Assembly (NCBI GenBank): GCA_963749595.1
Contig: CAVVNJ010000003.1
Coordinates: forward strand, 89,532-153,531
Direction of reading: 5' to 3'
Origin: Candidatus Woesebacteria bacterium
GTDB taxonomy: Bacteria > Patescibacteriota > Microgenomatia > UBA1400 > UBA1396
Length of the DNA stretch: 64,000 nt
The position numbers and the translations under genes are program-made. The notes beneath the pieces were generated by a model, which was not told the DNA's origin, did no database searches, and saw only the letters and a list, made by a program, of their open reading frames with translations. Of this stretch, positions 52,911 through 60,700 are shown in pieces. The stretch's first letter is position 1, and each line of letters begins with the position of its first letter.

Positions 52911-54257
52911 ATGTTAAGCCAATATAGCGAGCGCTTACCTCAAGCTCAGGAGGTTTTGGATCAATTAAGAAGTCTCCGCGAATTATTAGCGGCTAATATC
53001 GAGGTGCTGGATTTTAAAAGCTTACCGCTTAAAACGATGAGCTCGTCTGAATTTCTCCTTGCCTTTGGTAAACAGATTGGTTCCAAAAAAGAGCTCGGCC
53101 AATTAATCGATCAACGACCAGATCTACAATTGGGTTCTTTTGTTCACGAGCCAGCGCTTATTTTACTTCCCGATTCGGTCAATCCAATCGGTTTGATCGC
53201 GGTGATCACTAGATTGCAGCGCTCTGAAGACCCCTATACCTTTGGTTGTCGCGATCTGTATGTTCTCAATAGTCGTCGGAAGGCGATCAGTTTCCGCAAC
53301 GTGATACCCAGCGGATATCGGTTGGCCATTAGTCTGACCGAGCAAGCGTCGTTCGATGATGAGTCCTGGCAAGAAGGCGTCATGAGCCGTTTTGCCTTTG
53401 ATCCGCCAGAGCAGAAGATTATTTTAGGGGAAATACGCCAGTTTCAGCATCTAAAAGTCGCTCTTCATGAGTCCGGCCACGCCTGGGCTTTTCACTCAAA
53501 GACTGATCGCTATTCCCCGGATCAGTCTCGCTTGCGGGATAGCGATGTCGATCTTTGGCTCGATCAAAAAAAGGGTGCGCGCAAGTTAAAGTTACCGCCA
53601 ATTTACGCGGTGCAAGAAATTTCCTATTCCGAACGCCTGGCTAGTGTCATTGCGAGGTTGACCATGTCCGGTCTGGAAAAAGTTGGCTTCATAGATCAGG
53701 TTGACGACTCGTTTTTGGAGCCATCATTACAAACTTATGATGTGGCTCATGCGCGTTTCATTTTAGAAAATTATCCCGAAGAGGCTAGCAAGCTCTTTGC
53801 CTCAAAATATGCCCGCTCCCCCAAGGGATTGGCACAGAGTGGAGAGATACTGCAGGCAACGAATTCCCTGGAGCACTCCGTCCTCGCCAAAATTGCCACT
53901 TTGGGTAAGCCGACGCAAACCAAGCGACATTTTTTTGGTAATCGGCGAGAAGAAATTTGGGAGAAAACGATTGGCGATGAGAATTATTTAATTGTTATTT
54001 GGCGAACAAGTGACCGAAAATTTATCTCGGTGGAATTTCAACGGTCGCGGGAGACCGGGGACGAGTACGATCAGCCTTGGAGCAAAGTCGAAGTTAACCA
54101 TTTCTTTGGCGCAACGGTTTATTCGGGTGATGGAGACGAAGATGGTGAATTAATTCTTGAGGTTGCGGCCGGAATGGAAGTGCCGGATTATCGGGTGAAG
54201 CTGGCGCGGGTTCAGGAGTTGCTCCAGCAAATTCTCGCGAAGTTCGAGTTGCGCTAG
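52911..54257 (+). CDS. Uncharacterised HExxH protein, tandem paralog A (448 aa)
   Basis: Start moved to MLSQYSERL. TGcTACAAT (52895-52903) lies 7 nt upstream, and the track's longer N-terminus is antisense to the HD gene. Motifs: ALHESGHAW (HExxH), SERLASVIARL, LGKPTQTKRHFFG. Confidence 0.6.
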   Translation: MLSQYSERLPQAQEVLDQLRSLRELLAANIEVLDFKSLPLKTMSSSEFLLAFGKQIGSKKELGQLIDQRPDLQLGSFVHEPALILLPDSVNPIGLIAVITRLQRSEDPYTFGCRDLYVLNSRRKAISFRNVIPSGYRLAISLTEQASFDDESWQEGVMSRFAFDPPEQKIILGEIRQFQHLKVALHESGHAWAFHSKTDRYSPDQSRLRDSDVDLWLDQKKGARKLKLPPIYAVQEISYSERLASVIARLTMSGLEKVGFIDQVDDSFLEPSLQTYDVAHARFILENYPEEASKLFASKYARSPKGLAQSGEILQATNSLEHSVLAKIATLGKPTQTKRHFFGNRREEIWEKTIGDENYLIVIWRTSDRKFISVEFQRSRETGDEYDQPWSKVEVNHFFGATVYSGDGDEDGELILEVAAGMEVPDYRVKLARVQELLQQILAKFELR

Positions 54258-54272
54258 CGTTATAATCGCCTT

Positions 54273-55619
54273 ATGGATAATCGAGAGAATACCGCTACTA
54301 CCGAGAAGCCAACTATTCTTGAACAGCTCAGAACCCTAAACAGATTATTTCAGGGGAAAATTGAAATTAAGGATCTGGCTGATTTGCCTCTTAAAATTCT
54401 AACTCTAGCGGAATTTCAAAAAGCTTATTGGTTAATTCTAATGTCAAAAAAGAAATGTGCCGCTTTGGCCCTAATGCGACCTGAGCTTCAATTTGGATCC
54501 TATGAAGGGTTTCCAGCCTTGATTTGCTATCCCAATGATAAAAATCCCTTTGGATTTATTGCCGTGTTGGACGAAGACTTATCTCCCAATAAGATTGATG
54601 ATTATCGTTTCCGTTGTTCCCGCCTGTTCCTAATGAATGAGCGCCGGCAAACTGTTCCGCTTCAGAGTTTTCTACCAGCGGGAATAGGGCTTAATTTTTT
54701 CTTGGCCAATGCTACCTGGAAAAATGAGAAGGCCGAAGCCGAAGATGAGGCGATAGGTCATAAATTTGCTTTTGAACTTAAGAGTAAGAAGGTTCGTCTG
54801 GGGGAAATTCACCGATCCAATCATCTTGATTGGGCGTTGCATGAGATTGGCCATTCCTGGTGTTTCGATCAGAATATTGACCCATTCTCCAGAGACCAAA
54901 CAAAACTGAGAAGCGATAGTATGCACTTGATTGAGCCTACAGCCAAAAGGCTATTTTTTCGCCACTTAAAGAGACCTTTAACTGGTGTTGTGCAAGAAAT
55001 GATGACTTCCGAAAGATTAGCAAGCATTATTGCCCGGGTTTTACGAGCAATTTTAGAAAAGAACAACTTTACCGCCCATGCGGGTAATTTGCCGCTTGAG
55101 GAAGCAATTCAATCCTATGACAGCTATATTTCCCGATACGTTTTGGAGAATTTCCCGAATCAAGCAAAAGAATTTTTTGCTTCCCGATGGAGCCGATCGA
55201 CAAAAGGTCTAGAACAAAATCGGGAAATATTGCGAATGACTAGCGATCTAGAGAGATCAACCTTGAAGCGTATTCAGGAATTGGGAAAGCCGACGTCAAC
55301 GCGAAAAAATATTTTCACTGGGAAAGCTGTCGAGACATGGGAAAAACAGAATAACTCTGGTGATTTTTTAGTTGATGTTACCCGAACTATTAACGGTCTA
55401 TTCATTTCCGCCAATATTAGCTGGATGGGACGAGAAAAAGACCAGCCTTGGATTATCGTCAGGATAGGTTCTATTTATGGAGCAGCTATTTCCCAGGGAA
55501 TGGGAAGAGATATAGAAATGCTCAATCGAGTTGTCGCAGGAGTTAAAAATCCGGACTATGCCGAAGTCATGAAAAAAGTCGAAACCCAGGTTGATTTAGT
55601 CCTGTCCCAATTTGTCTAA
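54273..55619 (+). CDS. Uncharacterised HExxH protein, tandem paralog B (448 aa)
   Basis: Same length as paralog A and collinear with it. ALHEIGHSW (HExxH), SERLASIIARV, LGKPTSTRKNIFTG. TATAAT at 54261-54266 lies 6 nt upstream of the ATG. Confidence 0.6.
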   Translation: MDNRENTATTEKPTILEQLRTLNRLFQGKIEIKDLADLPLKILTLAEFQKAYWLILMSKKKCAALALMRPELQFGSYEGFPALICYPNDKNPFGFIAVLDEDLSPNKIDDYRFRCSRLFLMNERRQTVPLQSFLPAGIGLNFFLANATWKNEKAEAEDEAIGHKFAFELKSKKVRLGEIHRSNHLDWALHEIGHSWCFDQNIDPFSRDQTKLRSDSMHLIEPTAKRLFFRHLKRPLTGVVQEMMTSERLASIIARVLRAILEKNNFTAHAGNLPLEEAIQSYDSYISRYVLENFPNQAKEFFASRWSRSTKGLEQNREILRMTSDLERSTLKRIQELGKPTSTRKNIFTGKAVETWEKQNNSGDFLVDVTRTINGLFISANISWMGREKDQPWIIVRIGSIYGAAISQGMGRDIEMLNRVVAGVKNPDYAEVMKKVETQVDLVLSQFV

Positions 55620-55629
55620 TTGAAGCTGA

Positions 55630-56040
55630 TCACAAGCTCAAAGAAAGAATATGATCATTGGGATCGGTGCCGTCGCGGATTACCTGATAGCCCCAATGTT
55701 GATAGATGGTGAACGCGTGGAGATTATCTTTCCGACATTCAATGGTAAGGCGCTGCAGACCACGGCGCTTGGCTTCAGCGACCACCGCGTCGTGAAGTTT
55801 GGTTGAGATGCCCTGCCCCTCCCAATCGCGACTCACTTTTAAGTGCCGGACCAAGCCGACAGTCTGGCCATCCGCCAGATCAGTTTCCGGGAAAGTGAAT
55901 AGTAAGTGGATTATGCCCACCACTTTATTCCCCGCCCAAGCCAGCCAGATTAGACGTTCGGCACCGAGGGCGGCAAAGTTTTTGGGCGCGTCCTCTTGGG
56001 CCTCTTCGACTTCCGGCCAATTTTCTTCCCGCCGGTACAA
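55630..56040 (-). CDS. GNAT-family N-acetyltransferase
   Basis: VRHLKVSRDWEGQGISTKLHDAVVAEAKRRGLQRLTIECRKDNLHAFTIYQHWGY (R/QxxGxG/A acetyl-CoA motif). Confidence 0.8.
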   Translation of the reverse strand: MYRREENWPEVEEAQEDAPKNFAALGAERLIWLAWAGNKVVGIIHLLFTFPETDLADGQTVGLVRHLKVSRDWEGQGISTKLHDAVVAEAKRRGLQRLTIECRKDNLHAFTIYQHWGYQVIRDGTDPNDHILSLSL

Positions 56041-56131
56041 GTCGATGACCTGCGGCCATTGATCAGGTTGGGCCGGATGAATGATTATTTCGGCGCTTTC
56101 TCAGACGAAAGCGGCGAAGAGTGGTTGGACA

Positions 56132-56991
56132 TCATAGGCTTTGACCTCCTCGGTGAGTTCGGTCGTGCACGTTGGCGCGCGGCGGCTGGCGGTCTAAAAA
56201 GGTTGGTTTATCAGGATTTTCATAGAGGACGCCCACGGCAACATGGTTTTCCAAATCTTCCGCCGCCGCGCGCGCCTGATTTAAATCGCGGGAATTGTAA
56301 TCCTCGAACCGTGCTGACATCGTACACCCGCTGTTGATACCATTCGTGTGGTGTTTGCTTGTTGTAGGTTGGGCAGCTTTGATAAATTTCAATAAAGCTA
56401 AAGCCGGGATGGCGAATTCCCCGGCTGGAAAATCTCGGTCATATGTTTAACGTCGCCGGAAAAAGTGCGAGCGGCAAAACTCGGTTCCAAACCCAAGACC
56501 AAGCGCATCGGGTGAAGTGGATCAACCGTGATTCCGTCCGGTGCGGAATTCATCGGCGTACCTGGCTTGGTGGTTGGCGAGGCCTGGCCGGTCGTGAGAC
56601 CGTAATTCAAATTATTGTGCAGCAAGAAAGTGAGGTTGTAATTTCCGCGAATAGCGGCAATGAGGTGGTTGATTCCCTCCCCTAGTGTTCCGCCGTCTCC
56701 ACCAAAGGCAATGGTTTTCACTTGGCGGTTGGCGATCGCCGCGCCGCAGGCGAACGGCAAAATCCGGCCGTGCAGTCCGTGAAAACGATAGCCGTCGATT
56801 TTGTCCGAATGATTGCCGTGGCAGCCGATGTCAAAGGCCAGTAATACCTCGCACGGATTTAGTCCCTCAGCCGGTAGTGCCCGGCGGAGCGCACCGTGAA
56901 TGCCATAGTTGCCGCAGTTGGTGCACCAAGTGAGAATATTAGGCGAAAGATAATCCGCCATCTGAACCGGGGTGTCACACTGACAGCTCAT
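56132..56991 (-). pseudogene. 2-oxoacid:ferredoxin oxidoreductase beta (TPP-binding) subunit, frameshifted
   Basis: The N-terminal 197 aa are intact (WCTNCGNYGI, AFGGDGGTLGEG, LLHNNLNYGLTTGQ). They are followed by a stop, then FIEIYQSCPTYNKQTPHEWYQQRVYDV in a second frame and EDYNSRDLNQARAAAEDLENHVAVGVLYENPDKPTF in a third. Confidence 0.7.
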
Positions 56992-58736
56992 GGCGCTCCT
57001 TTGGCGACAAAATCGAGTATATCCTCGACAAAAAATGGTCGGCCATCATATTTGAGAAGCTTTTCCCAGAACGGAATTTGGGTCTCTTGCGTTAGTAATG
57101 CTCCCAGTTGACCAAAAGCGTTGTTTTCGATGAGCACCAATCGTTTGGCCCGGCTGGCAAAAGTTCGGAAAGTTTCAGTTTTCAGCGGCCAGAGATATTC
57201 GTAATGCAAATAATTGATTTTTGGCCCGCCGGTTTCCGCCAAAATCGTTTGGGCATCAAGAATGGTATTTTTCGTACTCCCCCAGCCAACGAAAGAAATA
57301 TCCGCTTCGACGGGGCCATAAAGAACCGGTTCCGGCAAAGTGGCGGCCAGGGAGTCTAATTTGCGTAGTCGTTTGGCATACATCTGCCGCGTTGGTTCAG
57401 CCTCCTCGGTTAGGGTGCCGTCCTCCAGGTGTTCGTCGCTATTGGCGTCATAAGTGGCGTCCGCCGAACGCGGCAGCCAGCGCGGCGAAACGCCGCTGTC
57501 GGTGACTTTATAGCGATCGGTTTTCTGTAAACCGGCGAGCTGATCTTCCGAGACTAGTCCGCGCTCAATCGGCAGATTGTCGGGCAGCCGATCGACCTGG
57601 AACAATGATTCGCCGATGTTTTTTTCGGTCAACAAGACGACTGGAATTTGAAACTTTTCGGCGATGTTGAGGGCGCTCTGAACCAAAGTATAGGCCGAGG
57701 CGGCATCGCTGAGCGCTAATACACAGCGGGCATATTCCCCGTGTCCGGCATAGATGGCTAAATTCAAATCGGCGGCGCAGGTCCAGGTTGGCAGACCGGT
57801 CGCCGGCCCGGGACGCTGAGCCAGGACGCAGACAAAAGGCGTTTCGGTCATGCCGGCCAGGGAAAATGACTCGGACATCAAATCGAATCCGCCGCCGGAG
57901 GTACCGACCAAGGCGCGAGTGCCCATGAACATACTGCCGATCGCCATTTGGGCCACCGAAATTTCATCATCAATCTGTTTGACTAAAATATTATTTTCTT
58001 TGGCAATCTCGGCAAAGTAAGTGAGGATAGTGCTCGATGGTGTCATGGGGTAGGCATAGTAGGCGCGGACGCCGGCGGCGACCGCGCCCATGACTAGAAG
58101 CTGATTGCCCGGCACCACCGCGTCGTCTTTATTATTTTCCGTGTGCGGGTAAGGCCAGGCGATCGGTTGGATTTTTTCCAACGGCAACTGCCGGCCTTTT
58201 TCCAAACAAGCGATGTTGCCGTCCAGAACTTTTGGTTTGTCAGCAAACACTTGCCGGAGGACGGTCTGCAGCGTTTCGCTGGATAGACCGAGAATTTGCC
58301 AGAGCGTACCGACCAAAACCGTGTTGGACATGATCCGTTTGCCACCCGTCTCGATCGCGATTTTTTCCGAATCAATGAATTCTTCCTGAATCCGGTTTTG
58401 TTCTAACCAGGCTTTTTCGTCCGGCCGCCAGTCCATGCGGGGCACGCCGTTAATCAGCCGGCCGCCCGGTCGCAGATCGCGAAAATAGTGGTGGACCGAA
58501 ACCCGGCTTAAGCCAATCAGAAGATCACAGCCGCGCGAACTGGCACTGACTGGGCGGCCGCTAACTTCAATCTGGTGAAAAGCATGCCCGCCCATAATCA
58601 GGGACGGATACTCGCGGTAGCTATAAGTGAAAGCCCCCTCGCGTTTGAGGGCCCGCGCAATCAACTCACCCATTGAGCTTAGTCCCTGGCCGTTTTCACC
58701 ACAGATCCGAATGGTTAAGCGGTTTAATTCAGCCAT
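56988..58736 (-). CDS. 2-oxoacid:ferredoxin oxidoreductase alpha subunit (fused gamma-alpha type)
   Basis: Start moved to MAELNRLTIRICGENGQG (ATG at 58736). Motifs: YAYPMTPSS, VGTSGGGFDLM, VLLTEKNIGES. ATGA-type overlap with the beta subunit. Confidence 0.85.
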   Translation of the reverse strand: MAELNRLTIRICGENGQGLSSMGELIARALKREGAFTYSYREYPSLIMGGHAFHQIEVSGRPVSASSRGCDLLIGLSRVSVHHYFRDLRPGGRLINGVPRMDWRPDEKAWLEQNRIQEEFIDSEKIAIETGGKRIMSNTVLVGTLWQILGLSSETLQTVLRQVFADKPKVLDGNIACLEKGRQLPLEKIQPIAWPYPHTENNKDDAVVPGNQLLVMGAVAAGVRAYYAYPMTPSSTILTYFAEIAKENNILVKQIDDEISVAQMAIGSMFMGTRALVGTSGGGFDLMSESFSLAGMTETPFVCVLAQRPGPATGLPTWTCAADLNLAIYAGHGEYARCVLALSDAASAYTLVQSALNIAEKFQIPVVLLTEKNIGESLFQVDRLPDNLPIERGLVSEDQLAGLQKTDRYKVTDSGVSPRWLPRSADATYDANSDEHLEDGTLTEEAEPTRQMYAKRLRKLDSLAATLPEPVLYGPVEADISFVGWGSTKNTILDAQTILAETGGPKINYLHYEYLWPLKTETFRTFASRAKRLVLIENNAFGQLGALLTQETQIPFWEKLLKYDGRPFFVEDILDFVAKGAP

Positions 58737-59196
58737 TGGCACCTCGCAACAACGGCGCGATCCCCTCGGCCCAGGGTTTGACCACCGAATCGAGTTGGGC
58801 ATAGGGATCACCATTTAATTTCAATAAACGGAACAAGACTTCACCATGATTGGCTTTCCAAGCGTCATGGATTAAGTCGATGCCGCGGTTAAAGAGGACG
58901 GCTTCGTAGCGAATATCGCCCAAACCAATAAAACCAGCTTTTTTACCGGTAAAATCCGCCTTTTTCATTTCTTCCAGTAACGGCACAAAGAAAGGATTGA
59001 TCGTGCCACGTTCCCAAGTGGAAGTGGCGAAGATAAAGTTTTGGTTATTTTGAATCAAATCGATTTTGGTTTGTTCGGCGCGGTGTAGTTCGGTCTGGAA
59101 GCCTTGAGCCTTGAGAGCTTCAGCCACGGTCTCCACGACGATCTCGACGTTGCCGGAGGTGGAGGCATAGATGCAGTGGATTACTGACTCGGACAT
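58729..59196 (-). CDS. Flavodoxin
   Basis: 155 aa. HCIYASTSGNVEIV (FMN phosphate loop T/S-x-T/S-G-N), IFATSTWERG, GFIGLGD. TATACT (59205-59210, reverse strand) lies 8 nt upstream of the ATG. Confidence 0.8.
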   Translation of the reverse strand: MSESVIHCIYASTSGNVEIVVETVAEALKAQGFQTELHRAEQTKIDLIQNNQNFIFATSTWERGTINPFFVPLLEEMKKADFTGKKAGFIGLGDIRYEAVLFNRGIDLIHDAWKANHGEVLFRLLKLNGDPYAQLDSVVKPWAEGIAPLLRGANG

Positions 59197-59231
59197 GTTT
59201 AATCAGTATATCAGCCGGGCTGACGATGAGG

Positions 59232-59519
59232 TTAAACTAATCTAAGTTCTACTCTTTTTCCCATTGCTTGGGCTAAGGCCATTAAAGTTTGAAGAGTTGC
59301 GTTTCTTGACCCTGATTCAACTTTAGTGATGGTAGTTCGTGGTACGTTAGAGAGGCGTGCTAAGCCCTCTTGAGTGAGACCCATTTTCTTCCGTTTCTCT
59401 CTAAGAGCCACAATAACTTGGTAGTATTTCTTTTCAGCTTCAATAAGTTTTCGATCATCAGGACTAAGACCCCGGTTAAATTCTTTTAAGGTGATGGTAG
59501 TTTTTTTCCCATTATTCAT
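59232..59519 (-). CDS. XRE-family HTH antitoxin (HigA-like)
   Basis: Start moved to MNNGKK (ATG at 59519). GLTQEGLARLSNVPRTTITKVESGSRNATLQTLMALAQAMG is a Cro/C1 HTH. Confidence 0.75.
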   Translation of the reverse strand: MNNGKKTTITLKEFNRGLSPDDRKLIEAEKKYYQVIVALREKRKKMGLTQEGLARLSNVPRTTITKVESGSRNATLQTLMALAQAMGKRVELRLV

Positions 59520-59766
59520 AGTATCTTCTCCTTTCTTTGGCCTTTCTGAGTTCAGAAAGAGGAGTTTGAGGTGTTTTTTTTGGAAAAGCACAAAGAATAA
59601 TAATAAAATCTTGGCCCGAATAGGCGTAGATTGCCCGCCATTGTCCTTGTTGCTTAACCCTTATCTCAAATAAGTTTATCGAACCAGCCAGCTTCTTAGC
59701 AAATGGTTCTTCCAATTTCCCTTTTTCCTCCAAAATTTCAAACAAGGCTCTGAACTCAATAGTCAA
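59512..59766 (-). CDS. RelE/HigB-superfamily (Gp49-like) toxin, short form
   Basis: 84 aa from a TTG start. LFEIRVKQQGQWRAIYAYSGQDFIIILCAFPKKTPQTPLSELRKAKER fits the Gp49/HigB pattern (ELR...yRi.Y...iill..F.KKtqktP). Overlaps the antitoxin by 8 nt. Confidence 0.6.
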   Translation of the reverse strand: MTIEFRALFEILEEKGKLEEPFAKKLAGSINLFEIRVKQQGQWRAIYAYSGQDFIIILCAFPKKTPQTPLSELRKAKERRRYYE

Positions 59767-59809
59767 GATTAATTTGACAATTCATCAGCTAGAGATCATA
59801 AATGCACTT

Positions 59810-60358
59810 ATGACCAAGCAATTGTTCACCAAAATCCTTATCTGGGGCACTGCTCTTTGGGTCCTTGGCTACCTACTGGGGATAATCCTTTTCATGTTCG
59901 TTCCGACTTCTCTGATCGGATGGATTATTACCCCGATTGGCATTACTTTAACCATCTGGGTTTTGCTCAAGAAATTTGATCAAAAAAACTTCCGTGATTA
60001 TTTTGCGATCAGTTTGCTTTGGACTACCGTTGCCATCGTGCTTGATTATTTTTTGCTGGTCCAATTGTTTAAACCGGCCGACGGCTATTACAAACTGGAC
60101 GTCTATTTGTACTATCTAGCAACGTTCACTATTCCCTTGATCGTCGGATGGAAAAAATCGACATTAGTTTCAAAAAAACCCTGGCGGCTTTTTATGCTTT
60201 CACTAATCGTCGCGATTGTTTCTCCAATTTTGCACAATCTGTTTTATGGTTTGACCGGCATTGAGGAGGGAGTGTTTTTCAGCTTAACTTTTATCGCCAT
60301 GGCAATCGCGGTGGGTTCAGCGCTGTGTGGTTGGCTGAAAGCTTCTGTAAGCCGGTAA
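59810..60358 (+). CDS. Hypothetical integral membrane protein
   Basis: Start moved to MTKQLF (ATG at 59810). TTGACA (59774-59779) plus ATAAAT (59798-59803) lie upstream, with the -10 box 6 nt from the ATG. About five TM helices. Confidence 0.5.
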   Translation: MTKQLFTKILIWGTALWVLGYLLGIILFMFVPTSLIGWIITPIGITLTIWVLLKKFDQKNFRDYFAISLLWTTVAIVLDYFLLVQLFKPADGYYKLDVYLYYLATFTIPLIVGWKKSTLVSKKPWRLFMLSLIVAIVSPILHNLFYGLTGIEEGVFFSLTFIAMAIAVGSALCGWLKASVSR

Positions 60359-60638
60359 TTATTTTTTCTTTTTCAGTTTCATCAATCTTGGCTCGAATAT
60401 CAGGCAGTGATCCGCTCGCGGCTTCCGGATCGGCCAAGTCAATCAGGGTGGAACGAATTGATCCGGCTAAGTAGAGCCAAGCCTGATTTTTGCCGGAAAA
60501 AAAACGGATTAAAGTATTCACGGTAAAGTCGAGTAATTCTTGGTCAGAAAGGTCAGTTTTTTCCGGAAAAATATTTCTGGCCTCCTCGCCGTAGTGATGG
60601 AGGGCGATCTTGAGAGCGGTGAGAATTTGATCAGCCAC
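60291..60638 (-). CDS. Hypothetical protein (115 aa)
   Basis: GTG start. Overlaps the 3' end of 59810-60358. No motifs. Confidence 0.3.
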   Translation of the reverse strand: MADQILTALKIALHHYGEEARNIFPEKTDLSDQELLDFTVNTLIRFFSGKNQAWLYLAGSIRSTLIDLADPEAASGSLPDIRAKIDETEKEKIITGLQKLSANHTALNPPRLPWR

Positions 60639-60700
60639 TAACGGCTCTTTCTCAGTCAGCAGAATCCTTTCGCTAGCGGTATCATAGCACTTGAACTAAC

